Assembly: GCA_025449535.1 (NCBI GenBank)
Contig: JANWJF010000001.1
Coordinates: 677,136-741,135 of the forward strand
Direction: 5' to 3'
DNA length: 64,000 bases
Source: Candidatus Saccharimonadia bacterium
GTDB taxonomy: Bacteria; Patescibacteriota; SICC01
Shown piece by piece: positions 48,872 through 63,351 of this stretch (position 1 is the first letter of the stretch; the number at the start of each line of letters is the position of its first letter). A program made the translations under genes and the position numbers. A model generated the notes under the pieces. The model had not been told where the DNA came from and did not search any database. It was given only the letters and a program-made list of their open reading frames with translations.

Positions 48872-49705
48872 ATGGCTCCTGAAGAACAATCCGACGCCGA
48901 ATCCCCGGTCGACCGCGTTCTTGTAAGTCATGCTGCCGAACGTGCCTGGGAAGACGCTCATATCGCTTGGTCGGACGCACTGCAAGGCGACAAAGGTGAG
49001 ACCGTTCGGGAGTCACTCGGTGTCTGCGTCGAACACGCTCCTGGCTTGCTGCGGAAAGTACTAGAACAGGGCGTCGCCCTGGAGCGGCCGCTCGCGGAGC
49101 AGAGGGCGTTTGCCAGGCAGTTGGATTTGCTGGCGGAGCATGACCCTAGGAGTGCTGAGGCGTTGTACCGAGATATCGTCATGCGTGACGGAGGCAAACC
49201 GACAGTAGTCACTGCTGCCTTAGAGGGAGTTGGTGAAATCAAGGAAATCCACTTGGAGACCTTCGCCATGATGATCGCGATAACCCTGTCCAAGTTCGCG
49301 GAAGGATCTATCGAATGGAAGAGAGCGCGGTCGTTGTTATTCGGCGGGTCACATTCGGGGCAGGCTGCCGTGGACCCGATCACGGAGGGACTCCGGAGCG
49401 AGCGGGAGGACATACGTCGCCTGACCGCCCGCTGGCTACTTCCGGAACTGGCCAAGAAGAAGCAGCTCGGCACAACGATCCTGGATTTGATCGAAGAACG
49501 CTTGGAGGTCGACCGGGATCCGGTGACGGCCCGGCATTGCGTCGAGCAGCTACCCGCGGTGTTCGGTAGGCGCCCGGGCCAAGCACGGCGAATCGTCACG
49601 AAAGCTTGGCACTATCCGGATCCGACCGGCGCGGAAGCCGTGCGGGATGCCCTGGTCCGCGGCATGCACCGGGCCGGCATGGCCGATAAGTTGCCAGTAG
49701 AGTAA
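48872..49705 (+). CDS. alpha-helical (HEAT-like) hypothetical protein, tandem paralogue 2
   Basis: Full-length similarity to 47966-48814. Confidence 0.75.
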   Translation: MAPEEQSDAESPVDRVLVSHAAERAWEDAHIAWSDALQGDKGETVRESLGVCVEHAPGLLRKVLEQGVALERPLAEQRAFARQLDLLAEHDPRSAEALYRDIVMRDGGKPTVVTAALEGVGEIKEIHLETFAMMIAITLSKFAEGSIEWKRARSLLFGGSHSGQAAVDPITEGLRSEREDIRRLTARWLLPELAKKKQLGTTILDLIEERLEVDRDPVTARHCVEQLPAVFGRRPGQARRIVTKAWHYPDPTGAEAVRDALVRGMHRAGMADKLPVE

Positions 49706-49711
49706 TCAGAC

Positions 49712-50059
49712 TTAAGCAGTCTCAGCCCAGTCACGTTGCTGCTGGGCAAGTTGCCCAATCCAGGCGTCGTTGCCGTTCTCGACCTGCTCCCGCAACCAAC
49801 CTAGGAATTCTTGGTTGGCTTCGCAGCTTGCCGCTAGCCATTGCTGGTTGGCCTGACTTAATTGCAATGGCGTCTCTCCGGCAGTCGTCCGGTACCGCGG
49901 CCAGACCGACGGCAGGCTTCGTTCACCGGAGTGCCAATCGCGCAGCTTCGTTTCCGGGTCTTCTTCCTCCAGTCGGCGCTGGATGTACGCCAGTGCCAAC
50001 TCGGTGTTCTCGGCGTTGCCGGTGGGTTGGGTGCCTTCTGCTGATCCTGGTTCACTCAT
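49712..50059 (-). CDS. hypothetical protein
   Basis: 115-aa ORF divergent from rplS. Confidence 0.55.
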   Translation of the reverse strand: MSEPGSAEGTQPTGNAENTELALAYIQRRLEEEDPETKLRDWHSGERSLPSVWPRYRTTAGETPLQLSQANQQWLAASCEANQEFLGWLREQVENGNDAWIGQLAQQQRDWAETA

Positions 50060-50112
50060 AACGAACAATCGTAATCCATCGTGGTATCATCGTCTAGTAA
50101 CTTAGATTAGCC

Positions 50113-50649
50113 ATGAGCCAAGCAATCCTCAGGAAGGTCGCGGCCAAGCAGGTCAAACCGATGTTCACGGACGTCAGGTCCGGCGACCGCGTGCGCGTCT
50201 ACACGACCGTCAAAGAAGGTAGCAAGGAGCGGACGCAGTATTTCGAAGGCCTGGTCATCCGCCGCCGCGGCGGTATCGGCCCGGAGGCGACGTTCACCGT
50301 CCGGCGGATCAGCTCCGGTATCGGCGTGGAACGGATCTTCCCGCTACATTCGCCGAAGATCACGAAGATCGAGGTCCAGCGGGCAGCCAAGGTGCGCCGC
50401 GCGAAGCTGCACTACATGCGCGAGCGCGCTGGCAAGGCGGCCCGGATGAAGGAAGTCCCGGTCAAGCAGGCCGACCGCGAGGTCATCCACCCGTGGACCG
50501 AGGTCAAGGCGAAGCCGGCCCCGTCCAGTCAGGCAAGCGACAAGCAGGCGCCGGTGAAAACGGCTACGGTGGAAACGAAGGCGAAACCCGCAGTAGCGAA
50601 AGCCAAGTCCGATGTCGCCGACGAAACGAAACCAGCTGAGAAAAAGTAA
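50113..50649 (+). CDS. rplS: 50S ribosomal protein L19 with C-terminal extension
   Basis: [46 protein letters not shown]. Confidence 0.97.
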   Translation: MSQAILRKVAAKQVKPMFTDVRSGDRVRVYTTVKEGSKERTQYFEGLVIRRRGGIGPEATFTVRRISSGIGVERIFPLHSPKITKIEVQRAAKVRRAKLHYMRERAGKAARMKEVPVKQADREVIHPWTEVKAKPAPSSQASDKQAPVKTATVETKAKPAVAKAKSDVADETKPAEKK

Positions 50650-51271
50650 CGCGCCGGGAAGGATCCGAGAGCGGCACTGGTCGGGTACCGGTGCGGTCGT
50701 CTGTGGCGTGGACGAGGTCGGCCGAGGGGCCTGGGCAGGTCCGTTGGTGGCCGCCGCGGTGGTGCTTGATCCCGACTCCCGGTTGCACGGTATCCGAGAC
50801 TCGAAGCTGCTCCCTAAGAAGGACCGGGAGCGGATCGCCGCGTACGTCCGCCACCGGGCGGTAGCCGTCGGGGTCGGCACGGTCGACATCGGTGAGTTCA
50901 ACGAGCACGGGTTTTCCTGGGCCTTGCGTGAGGCCGGCCGGCGGGCGGTCGAAGGGCTCGGGGTCGAGCCGGGCCGGGTCCTGCTCGACGGCCACCATGA
51001 CTACTTCGGCGGCATGTATCCCTGCGAGACGATCATCAAAGGCGACCTGACGGAACTGTGCATCGCGGCCGCGTCCGTGGTCGCGAAGGTCCACCGCGAC
51101 GGCCTGATGGCGGAACTCGCCGAGGAGCACCCGCGGTACGGGTTCGCCAGTAACGTCGGATACGGCACGCCGGACCACCGGCGCGCCCTGCAGGAGCACG
51201 GCCCCTGTGCGCTGCACCGCACGGACTGGGCGCCGGTCGCGGCCGCGGCGCAGCAACGGCTCGCCGTCTGA
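50612..51271 (+). CDS. rnhB: ribonuclease HII (start uncertain)
   Basis: [35 protein letters not shown]. Confidence 0.95.
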   Translation: MSPTKRNQLRKSNAPGRIRERHWSGTGAVVCGVDEVGRGAWAGPLVAAAVVLDPDSRLHGIRDSKLLPKKDRERIAAYVRHRAVAVGVGTVDIGEFNEHGFSWALREAGRRAVEGLGVEPGRVLLDGHHDYFGGMYPCETIIKGDLTELCIAAASVVAKVHRDGLMAELAEEHPRYGFASNVGYGTPDHRRALQEHGPCALHRTDWAPVAAAAQQRLAV

Positions 51272-51287
51272 CTGCTACAATACGCTT

Positions 51288-51629
51288 GTGATAAGCAAGC
51301 GACAGTACGGTGCTCGCGGCGAACTGCGGGCACAGGCATACTTGGTCGGCAAAGGCTTCAGGCCGGTCGCGGCCAACTACCATGCCCGGTATGGTGAGAT
51401 CGACCTGGTCATGCGGGACGGCCGGGAACTCGTGTTCGTGGAAGTGAAGACCCGGCGCGACGGGGCAGCCGGGCACCCGGCCGAGGCGGTCACCGCGACC
51501 AAGCTCCGGAACGCGGTCAGGGCGGCGGTCCTGTTCCGCCGCGAGCACGCCGTCCGGGGCCCGTGGCGGATCGACGTAGTCGCGATCACCGGCGAAGCGG
51601 TCGAGCACTACCGGAACGTGACCGCCTGA
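51288..51629 (+). CDS. yraN: YraN family protein
   Basis: GEIDLVM...LVFVEVKTR...RIDVVAI. Confidence 0.93.
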   Translation: MISKRQYGARGELRAQAYLVGKGFRPVAANYHARYGEIDLVMRDGRELVFVEVKTRRDGAAGHPAEAVTATKLRNAVRAAVLFRREHAVRGPWRIDVVAITGEAVEHYRNVTA

Positions 51630-51686
51630 CCGTGGTATACTGGCCCCGTATGGAGCCTCAGGCTCCGTTTTTTATCATCCGAAATC

Positions 51687-53267
51687 ATGAAACTCGACAT
51701 CGACCCCAAGGCGTTCTCGGAAGCGATCGAACAGATCGCCTACGACCGGAAGATCCCCAAGGAGCGGATCTTCGAGACCGTGGCCTCGGCGATCGCCGCG
51801 GCGTACCGGAAGGATTACGGCTACCCGGAGCAGCACGTCCGGGCCGACTTTAATCCGGAGAACGGCGAGACCAAGCTCTTCATCGTGCACGAACTGGTTG
51901 CCAAGAAGGACGACGTCGAGAACGAACACGTCCAGATGACCGTCACCGAGGCACGCAAACAGGGCGTGAAGAGCCCGAAGGCCGGCGAGAACTGGGAAGA
52001 GCCGGTCGAGCCGCCGTCCGGATTCGGACGGATCGCGGCCCAGACCGCCAAGCAGGTGATCATCCAGCGGATCCGCGAGGTCGAGCGGGAAATCGTCCGC
52101 GACGAGTTTACCGACCGCACGGGCGAGCTGATGACCGGTTCGGTCCAGCGGATCGAAGGTCGGAACGTCTTCGTCGAAGTCGGCCGTGCCGTCGGAGTGC
52201 TCGCCCCCGGCGACCAGATCGAGCGCGAACGCTACTACATCGGCCAGCGCCTGCGGGTGATGCTTCGCGAGGTGGACCCGGAGGGTCGGGCCGCCCAGCT
52301 GCTCTTGACCCGGTCGCATCCGGACTTCGTGCGCCGGCTGTTCGAGCTGGAGGTCCCGGAGATCCACGCCGGTACGGTCGAGATCAAGTCGGTCGCCCGG
52401 GAAGCGGGCGTTCGCAGCAAGGTCGCCGTGGCGTCCAACCAGGAAGGCGTCGACCCGGTCGGCACCTGCGTCGGACAGCGCGGCACCCGGGTCCAGGCGA
52501 TCATGGCCGAGCTCGGCGACGAGAAGATCGACATCGTACTCTTCGACGAGGACTCCAAGACCTACATCGAGAACGCGCTCAGCCCCGCCAAGATCTCGAA
52601 GATCGAACTCGACGAGAAGACGAAGACGGCCACGTTGAAGGTCGCGGACGACCAGCTGTCGCTGGCGATCGGCCGCGGCGGCCAGAACGTCCGCCTGGCG
52701 GGCGACCTTACCGGTTGGCAGATCGACATCGACAAATCGGAGTCACAGCGGAGGGCGGGCGAAGGCGAGGACGCCGACGCGTCCGGCGTGATCGCCAGCA
52801 TCCCGATCGGTACGGTTGACGGCGTCACTGAGGACGAAGCCAAGGCGTTCGACGGCGCGAAGCTCGAATCCGCCCAGAAGATCGTGGCCGCAGAGGACGC
52901 GGACCTCGACAAGATCAAGAGCGTCGAGCCGGACCGTCGCAAGGAGATCCAGCAGCTGGCCGCCCAGGCGGTGAGCGAGGCCGACGACGGCGGGGCCGGG
53001 GAACCGGACGCGGATAAGGCATCGAAGGACGAGAAGGAAGACAAGGACGCGCCGGCCGACCCGAAGGAATCCGACGGTGACGCGTCGGACACCGCTGATA
53101 CGAAGGGCGAGACCTCCGCACCGGCGAAGGACGCCCAGGAAGACGCGCCGGTAGCCGATACGGGCGATACGGACGAAGCCTCCGGAGAAAAGAAGCCTGC
53201 CGAGAAACAGGCCCAGGATTCGGAAGAGAAGGCCGAGCCGTCCGAAGACGAAAAGAAGCCCGAATAG
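51687..53267 (+). CDS. nusA: transcription factor NusA with long acidic tail
   Basis: FGRIAAQTAKQVI, LFELEVPEI, CVGQRGTRV, SLAIGRGGQNVRLA. Confidence 0.97.
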   Translation: MKLDIDPKAFSEAIEQIAYDRKIPKERIFETVASAIAAAYRKDYGYPEQHVRADFNPENGETKLFIVHELVAKKDDVENEHVQMTVTEARKQGVKSPKAGENWEEPVEPPSGFGRIAAQTAKQVIIQRIREVEREIVRDEFTDRTGELMTGSVQRIEGRNVFVEVGRAVGVLAPGDQIERERYYIGQRLRVMLREVDPEGRAAQLLLTRSHPDFVRRLFELEVPEIHAGTVEIKSVAREAGVRSKVAVASNQEGVDPVGTCVGQRGTRVQAIMAELGDEKIDIVLFDEDSKTYIENALSPAKISKIELDEKTKTATLKVADDQLSLAIGRGGQNVRLAGDLTGWQIDIDKSESQRRAGEGEDADASGVIASIPIGTVDGVTEDEAKAFDGAKLESAQKIVAAEDADLDKIKSVEPDRRKEIQQLAAQAVSEADDGGAGEPDADKASKDEKEDKDAPADPKESDGDASDTADTKGETSAPAKDAQEDAPVADTGDTDEASGEKKPAEKQAQDSEEKAEPSEDEKKPE

Positions 53268-53430
53268 TCCAGTTGTACAGCAGGCAGGGAAACGCTTGAC
53301 TCTTGGCAGGCTTGCTATACTGTAATGGCGCAACCCAAAATAGGCTGCGTGAACAAAAACCACATTACGATTTTTTAGCAGTCCTTCCAACGAAGGAACT
53401 TCTCGCACCATCCATACTTGAGGAGGAATC

Positions 53431-55944
<2,514 letters not shown>

Positions 55945-55971
55945 GCGAGCTTCCTGGAGTACACTGGTTCC

Positions 55972-56895
55972 GTGGACCAAGACGCGATCCAACTAGTCAT
56001 ATTCATCGGCCTACTGACGGTACTGGCGCTGGTCGTCACCCGACGGATCGTCCGTTCGCACACCAAGTCGCTGTTGACCACGTTCGTCGGGGTGCTGGTC
56101 GGGCTGGTAGTCGGGGCGCTACTATCGCTACCGCTGGCAACCTTGCCGACACCGTATGGCACCGCGCTGCCGATCGCGGTGACGATGATCACCGTGGCGA
56201 TGTTCGGGACGCTGTTCGCGGTCCGCGGGTCGCTGTTCGTCTCGTTCCTCTACCAGGCGGTCACCGGGCGAGGCACGCCCGCTGGCCGGGAGATCGTGGT
56301 GGATACCAGCGCGATCATCGACGCCCGGATGCTCGATGTCGCCAACGCGGGGTTTCTCTCCGGCACGCTGCTGGTCCCCAGGATCGTCCTGGAGGAACTG
56401 CAGCATATCGCCGATTCGACCGATCCGCTGCGCCGTGCCAAGGGCCGCCGAGGACTGGAGACGTTGACCGCCCTGGAGAAACATTCGGAGGTGCTCGTCG
56501 AGATCGTCGAGGTCACCGGCCGGGTGAAGGCGGTGGACAGCAAACTCGTCGAGATCGCCAAGCGCCGCAAGGCCGCGATCATGACCACCGACTACAACCT
56601 CAACCGCGTCGCCGAGATCGAGCGCGTGCCTGTGCTCAACGTGAACGAACTGGCCGGCGCGCTCCGGCCTCCGGTGTTGCCTGGGGAGGAGCTGGAACTG
56701 AAGGTCGTCGGGAAGGGCAAGGAGCGAGGACAAGGCGTCGGCTATCTGCCCGATGGCACGATGATCGTCGTCGAGAACGGCGACAAGCTGGTCGGCAAGG
56801 AAATCACCGGCGAAGTCAGCCGTTCGCTCCAGACCGTGGCAGGCAAGATGATCTTCGTCAGTCCGAAGAAGACGAAACCGGTCCGTCAGAAGTAG
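55972..56895 (+). CDS. PIN/TRAM-domain membrane protein (YacL-like)
   Basis: VDTSAIID, TTDYNLN, QGVGYLPDGTMIVVE; follows clpC. Confidence 0.9.
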   Translation: MDQDAIQLVIFIGLLTVLALVVTRRIVRSHTKSLLTTFVGVLVGLVVGALLSLPLATLPTPYGTALPIAVTMITVAMFGTLFAVRGSLFVSFLYQAVTGRGTPAGREIVVDTSAIIDARMLDVANAGFLSGTLLVPRIVLEELQHIADSTDPLRRAKGRRGLETLTALEKHSEVLVEIVEVTGRVKAVDSKLVEIAKRRKAAIMTTDYNLNRVAEIERVPVLNVNELAGALRPPVLPGEELELKVVGKGKERGQGVGYLPDGTMIVVENGDKLVGKEITGEVSRSLQTVAGKMIFVSPKKTKPVRQK

Positions 56896-57361
56896 GCTCA
56901 TCCTCGCCGAACTCCGCTTCGTAAGCGGCCTCCAGTCTGTCTAGCGTCCTCAGGAGCGGGTCGTGGTTCCGGCCGTTCCGCGGAATCGCTCGCCGTCGCT
57001 CACCGACAGTCCGTCTCAGCGCTTGGGTACGGATATCGCCCTCATGCTCCTGTGCATACCATTCGCCGAACGTCAGCACCATGAGGCCCCGGACCTCCTT
57101 GAGTTCCCGGACGTACGTCTCGTCGAATGCCGTCGCAAGGGCGCAGGCTTCGTACAGGCCCGGCAGGCGGTCCCGTGCCTCAGCCTGTTCCCGTGAGGTC
57201 TCTGCCCCGACGCACGCGTCCATTGCGGCCACGCTCCGTGCCGCAAGCTCGGAGACGCACGCTCGCACCGGTCCGTCCTTCCGGCACCCCTGAAAGTACC
57301 GGACCATGTCGAAGGCCTGTCCGTCGATTCCCTGGACTCCCGCGGCTTCGGTCGGAGTCAT
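56858..57361 (-). CDS. hypothetical protein
   Basis: ATGA-coupled to upstream ORF. Confidence 0.55.
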   Translation of the reverse strand: MTPTEAAGVQGIDGQAFDMVRYFQGCRKDGPVRACVSELAARSVAAMDACVGAETSREQAEARDRLPGLYEACALATAFDETYVRELKEVRGLMVLTFGEWYAQEHEGDIRTQALRRTVGERRRAIPRNGRNHDPLLRTLDRLEAAYEAEFGEDEPTSDGPVSSSSD

Positions 57362-57855
57362 GTGGCGTCCTTGCGGTACAACTTCGATATCTCGCACAGC
57401 GCCGTCAGTTCATGCTGCAGGGGCAGGAGCTTGGTTGCGGCCCGGCTCCTTTTCCTGACCACGTCCTCGAGCGTCCGCGCGATGGCTCGCTCGGGGTTCA
57501 GGATGTCTTCGTCAATTAGTTTTTCCGCCAACTCGCTGAATTCATCGATCAGTCTGACGTAAAGCAGGCCCTGTGCGTACAGTTCCGGGCGCTGGTGGGC
57601 CGTGTGCTGCACTCCGGGACCGGACAACCAGCCACTTACCTGGCGCGGGGCGTTGTTGTCCCGTACCCGAATTGCCCATTCGTACAAATCCTTGATTTGC
57701 GGGCGATGGAAAATGCGTTCGAGTACGGGATCTGGTTCGGCCGTCTCCTGCTCAGAAGCCGTGTCGGATCCTTTCGTCTCCCGGTCCCATAGCTCATCGA
57801 GCCCAGCGCCGACCGCATCCACGGAGAGTCCATCCTGTTTGGCGCGTTTGCTCAT
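57358..57855 (-). CDS. hypothetical protein
   Basis: MSKRAKQDGLSVD..., divergent from tgt. Confidence 0.6.
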   Translation of the reverse strand: MSKRAKQDGLSVDAVGAGLDELWDRETKGSDTASEQETAEPDPVLERIFHRPQIKDLYEWAIRVRDNNAPRQVSGWLSGPGVQHTAHQRPELYAQGLLYVRLIDEFSELAEKLIDEDILNPERAIARTLEDVVRKRSRAATKLLPLQHELTALCEISKLYRKDAT

Positions 57856-57867
57856 CTTGCTTCCTAG

Positions 57868-59091
<1,224 letters not shown>

Positions 59092-59101
59092 GCTGGATTC
59101 C

Positions 59102-59521
59102 GTGAGGGCAAAAACCATGGCACTGTCGGTCGTAGCGCTGGTAATCGTCGCCGGCGTGGTGGCGTACCTGCTGTCGCAGAACCGCAGCGAGACGGCCGTG
59201 GTCGAGACCGGCGCGCCCACCGCGGCGCCGACCGGTTCGGCGAGCCCGGAGGCGTCGGACATCGTGACGGTCCGGGTCGGCGCGGACGGCTTCGAACCGG
59301 ACCGGATCACGGTCAAATCCGGCGAGGAAATCGTCTTCGTCGCCTCGTCCGAGTTCGAGGTGGCGAGCGAGCCGCATCCTGTACATACCAGTAACAGCGA
59401 ACTGAACATGCCGCCGCTCCAGGCCGGACAGACGGCCCGGGCGACCGTCACCAAGAAAGGGACGTTCGGAATCCACAACCATAACGACTCGTCCCAGAAA
59501 GCGACGGTGGTAGTCGAATGA
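59102..59521 (+). CDS. exported cupredoxin-fold protein
   Basis: N-terminal TM, GFEPDRITVKSGE, ASEPHPVHT, GTFGIHNH. Confidence 0.75.
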   Translation: MRAKTMALSVVALVIVAGVVAYLLSQNRSETAVVETGAPTAAPTGSASPEASDIVTVRVGADGFEPDRITVKSGEEIVFVASSEFEVASEPHPVHTSNSELNMPPLQAGQTARATVTKKGTFGIHNHNDSSQKATVVVE

Positions 59522-60048
59522 ACGTCGTCAGCGACCTGCCGATCGGCAACCCGCCCGACGAGATCAACGTGTTGATCGAGATTCCGCGCGGTTCCAAGAA
59601 CAAGTACGAAGTGGACAAGGGCACCGGCCTGGTGACGCTGGACCGCGTGCTGTACAGCTCGTACGCGTATCCGGCGGACTACGGGATGCTCCCGCAGACG
59701 CACTGGCATGACGACGATCCCTTGGACGCGTTGATCATCAACACCGCCGAACCGTACTATCCGGGCGTCGTCGTGCCCTGCCGGCCGATCGCGGTCATCC
59801 GGATGGTCGACGCCGGTGAAAAGGACGAGAAGATCATCTGCGTGCCGCAGGACGATCCGCGCCTGGAACAGCTGAAGGACAAGGGCGACATCGCTCCGCA
59901 CGTCCTCAAGGAGTTCACCGACTTCTACGAGAACTACAAGAAGCTGCAGGGCAAGGAAGCGAAGATCGAAGGCATCGACGGCGTCGCCGCGGCCAAGAAG
60001 GTCATCCAAGAGGCCGTCGCGCTGTACCAGAAAAAGATTGCCGGCTAA
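59518..60048 (+). CDS. ppa: inorganic pyrophosphatase
   Basis: IEIPRGSKNKYE, YPADYG, DDDPLD, DEKII. Confidence 0.96.
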   Translation: MNVVSDLPIGNPPDEINVLIEIPRGSKNKYEVDKGTGLVTLDRVLYSSYAYPADYGMLPQTHWHDDDPLDALIINTAEPYYPGVVVPCRPIAVIRMVDAGEKDEKIICVPQDDPRLEQLKDKGDIAPHVLKEFTDFYENYKKLQGKEAKIEGIDGVAAAKKVIQEAVALYQKKIAG

Positions 60049-60652
60049 GAAGCTCCCGCGCTCGTTTTACGTCCGGCCCACGCTGACCGTGGCCCGAGAC
60101 CTATTGGGCAAGCGGATGGTCCGGCGGTACCGGGGTAAGCGGCTCGCCGGGATCATCGTGGAGACGGAAGCGTACATGGGTCCGGAAGACGTCGCGTCGC
60201 ATGCCCGCCACGGCGAGGACTCCAAGGCCGCGCCGATGTTCGGCGAGCCGGGGCATGCGTACGTCTACTTCACTTATGGCATACACTACTGCATGAACTG
60301 TGTCACTGAGCCTAAGGGATCGGGGACCGGTGTGCTGCTCCGGGCGCTGGAGCCGGCCGAGGGCGCCGGGGCCATGCGTCGCAACCGATACCGGCGCAGC
60401 GTCCATCTGAAGGACGCGCCGGATCAGGAACTGACCAACGGACCGGCCAAGCTCTGCCAGGCGCTCAATTTGGACAAGCGTTTGAACCGGGAGGACTTGC
60501 TTGGCGACACGCTCTGGCTCGAGGACGCGCCGGCCGTCCCTTCACACAAGGTGGAGCGATCTGCCCGTGTCGGCATCCGTCGTGGGCGCGAGCATCAGTG
60601 GCGGTTCTATCTCAAGGACAGCCCGTTCGTCTCGGCACATCCGCGATACTAG
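60038..60652 (+). CDS. mpg: DNA-3-methyladenine glycosylase (MPG/AAG family)
   Basis: IVETEAY, AYVYFTYGIHYCMN, LTNGPAKLCQAL. Confidence 0.95.
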   Translation: MPAKKLPRSFYVRPTLTVARDLLGKRMVRRYRGKRLAGIIVETEAYMGPEDVASHARHGEDSKAAPMFGEPGHAYVYFTYGIHYCMNCVTEPKGSGTGVLLRALEPAEGAGAMRRNRYRRSVHLKDAPDQELTNGPAKLCQALNLDKRLNREDLLGDTLWLEDAPAVPSHKVERSARVGIRRGREHQWRFYLKDSPFVSAHPRY

Positions 60653-63315
60653 GCGAACCGCGAACGCCGCTGGTCATCACGGAGGTACCCGAGCGGGTTG
60701 CCAGGCCCGACGGTCACCCCGCCGCCCGATGTCGGTGACGGCTCGGGCGTAGGCTCGTCCCCGCCGACGGTCACTCGCACGGAGTCCGTCGCGGTCTCGG
60801 TATCGCCGGAGTTGCCGAACGAAAGGCCGTGGGCCCGGATCCAAGCCTGGACCGGATCCTCCCAGTTGGGGTTGTTCGGCCGTTCGCTATGCAGGGCGCC
60901 GGCATTGTCGATGTCATCGGTGCAGTCGCCGCCGGTGGCGGTCGCGGTGATGGTGTGCGACCCGTCGCTAAGCGTGGTGCTGGCGGAGAACGGCGGGGCG
61001 GTGTCGGTCGCGATCACGGCACCGTCCACGCTGAACTGGACCTGCTCGATTCCCGCGCCGTCGCGCGGGGTCGTGGCCGTGGCGGAGATATTCACCGTGC
61101 CGGGATCGATCGTGCCGCCGGTCGGGCTGGTCAGGGATACGTCCGGCTTGCATTCCTCGGGGTTCGGACCCTCGCCGGACTCGCTCTTCTGCTTCGGCGC
61201 GTTGCCGTTCGTGAAGACGTCCGTCTTGGTCTGGCGGGTGAATTGGCTCGGCAGCAAGCCGGTCAACCGGTCGACGCGCAGCTCCTTGATGCCGCTCGGA
61301 CGTTCGAACGGCGTTACCGTATCCTCTGCCAGGACGCGCTGCATGAAGTCGTGCCAGATCGGTGCTGCCGCCCGGCTGCCGCCGGTCTCGTTCATCGGGG
61401 TGTTGTCGTTGTTCCCGACCCAGACGCCGGCGGAGAGCTGCGGCGTATACCCGACCGTCCAGGCGTCCCGGAAGCTGTCGGTGGTACCGGTCTTGGCGGC
61501 CGTGTCCGGTCGGCCGGGCAAGGTCAGCGGGCCGCCGCTGCCGAACTGTGGCGCCCGGGCCTGGTCGTCGGAGAGGACATCCGAGATCTGGTAGGCGAGG
61601 TCCTTGGAGACCACCTCCTCGCCCTTCCGGAAGTCCCCGGTGATGTCGTCCGTCACGTCGTCGCCGTCCCGGTCGGTCACCTTGATGATCGCCGTGGCCG
61701 TGGTGTGGGTCCCGTTGGGGTTGCTCCGCCGGACCGCGGCCACGCCCTGGTTGGCCAGGACGTTGTACGCCGAGGTCAACTCGAGCAGCTTCACCTCGCC
61801 GCCGCCGAGTACCAGCGAGTCGCCGTAACGGTCGGGGTCGTTCAGCGTAGTGATGCCGAGCTCATGCGCCAGGTCGGTGGCCGTCCGGACGCCGATCAAG
61901 TCGAGTACCTTCACGGCAGGGACGTTCAACGATTGCTGCAGCGCGTCCCGGGCGCTGACCGGCCCGCGGAACGTGCGGTCGTAGTTGTTCGGGGCGTACC
62001 CGCCGCCGAAGTCCGTCTTCACGTCCCAGAGCAGGGTGGCCGGGTTCATCGCCAAAGGCTTCTCAAGGTTGTTGAGCTGGCCCTTCTTGAACGCGGCCAG
62101 GTAGACGATCGGCTTGAAGGAGGATCCCGGCTGCCGGTCGGCGGTAGACACGTTCACGTTCCCGTCGCCGGCCGTGTCGAAGAAGTCCACGCTGCCGACC
62201 ATCGCCTCGATCTGGCCGTTCTTCGGGTTGACCGCGGTCAGCCCGGCGTTCGACGCGCCGTACAGCCCGAAGTTGCCCCGGGCTTGGGTGATCACGTCCT
62301 CGGCGATATCCTGCTTCTGCGGGTCGAGGGTAGTGACGACCTTGTAGCCGCCTTCCTGGACCGCCTTCGCGCCGAGCTCACGCTCCAGCTGCTGCCGGAC
62401 ATAGAAGACGAAGTGCGGCGCCCTGATGTCCTCGCCCCGGGCGGCCGCGAACTGCAGGCCTTTCTTCACCTGGGCCACGGCCCGGTCGTACTCGGCCTGG
62501 TCGACGTGCTTCTCGTTCTTCATCTGCTCGAGTACGAACAGCGTCCGTTCGCGCAGCCGGTCCTTGTCGCCGATATACGGCGAGTAGAGGCTGGGGGCTT
62601 GCGGCAGCGCGGCCAGCGTCGCGCACTCCGGAAGCGTCAGCGCCGCGGCCGGCTTGGCGAAGTACGTCTGGGAGGCCGCCTCGATGCCGTAGGCGTTGTG
62701 GCCGTAGGGGATCTCGTTGAGGTAGAGCTTGAGGATCTGGTCCTTGGAGAACATCTGCTCGATCTCCAGCGAGAGGATCAGCTCCTTGGCCTTCCGGGTG
62801 TATGTCCGCTCCGGGGAGAGCAAGGCGTTCTTCACCAACTGCTGGGTGATCGTCGAGCCGCCCTGGCTGGTCTGGCCGAACTCCAGGTTGACGATCAGGG
62901 CGCGGGCCATGCCGCGCGGATCGAGTCCCTGGTGCTTGTAGAAGCTCTTGTCCTCGGTGGCGACGGTGGCCTCCTTGATGCACTTCGGCATCTGGCTGAA
63001 GAGGATCCGGCTGCGGTTCTTGTCGCCGCGGATCTTGTAGAGCAGGGTCTTGCCGTCGCGGGCGTAGACCGAGGTCGCTTCGGCCCGGGCGTCGTTGACC
63101 CGGCCGGGCAGGGGGAGGCCGATCGAAGCGATCGCCAGGAACAGGCAGAGCACGAAGAACCCGCCGGAGCCGGAAAGCTTCAGGACGCGCTTCTTGCGCC
63201 ATTGGCCCTGGGCATCCTTCCAGACCTTCCCGCCGTCGGCGGTCAGTCGGTCCTTGGCGAACAGGTCCACGATTGCGTTTTTGATCCTACCCATGTACGG
63301 TGCAGCGCTAGCCAT
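60649..63315 (-). CDS. class A penicillin-binding protein with C-terminal Ig-like domain
   Basis: ATEDKSFYKHQG, QGGSTITQQLVKN, RQPGSSFK, SLN, KTGT. Confidence 0.93.
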   Translation of the reverse strand: MASAAPYMGRIKNAIVDLFAKDRLTADGGKVWKDAQGQWRKKRVLKLSGSGGFFVLCLFLAIASIGLPLPGRVNDARAEATSVYARDGKTLLYKIRGDKNRSRILFSQMPKCIKEATVATEDKSFYKHQGLDPRGMARALIVNLEFGQTSQGGSTITQQLVKNALLSPERTYTRKAKELILSLEIEQMFSKDQILKLYLNEIPYGHNAYGIEAASQTYFAKPAAALTLPECATLAALPQAPSLYSPYIGDKDRLRERTLFVLEQMKNEKHVDQAEYDRAVAQVKKGLQFAAARGEDIRAPHFVFYVRQQLERELGAKAVQEGGYKVVTTLDPQKQDIAEDVITQARGNFGLYGASNAGLTAVNPKNGQIEAMVGSVDFFDTAGDGNVNVSTADRQPGSSFKPIVYLAAFKKGQLNNLEKPLAMNPATLLWDVKTDFGGGYAPNNYDRTFRGPVSARDALQQSLNVPAVKVLDLIGVRTATDLAHELGITTLNDPDRYGDSLVLGGGEVKLLELTSAYNVLANQGVAAVRRSNPNGTHTTATAIIKVTDRDGDDVTDDITGDFRKGEEVVSKDLAYQISDVLSDDQARAPQFGSGGPLTLPGRPDTAAKTGTTDSFRDAWTVGYTPQLSAGVWVGNNDNTPMNETGGSRAAAPIWHDFMQRVLAEDTVTPFERPSGIKELRVDRLTGLLPSQFTRQTKTDVFTNGNAPKQKSESGEGPNPEECKPDVSLTSPTGGTIDPGTVNISATATTPRDGAGIEQVQFSVDGAVIATDTAPPFSASTTLSDGSHTITATATGGDCTDDIDNAGALHSERPNNPNWEDPVQAWIRAHGLSFGNSGDTETATDSVRVTVGGDEPTPEPSPTSGGGVTVGPGNPLGYLRDDQRRSRFA

Positions 63316-63351
63316 ATAAGTATAGCTATAATGGGATGGCAAGGCAGAGAG

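Noticed and set aside
53376-53402. CIRCE (HrcA) operator before clpC
   Set aside because: Only a half-site-like TTAGCAGTC; the matching GAGTGCTAA arm is absent.
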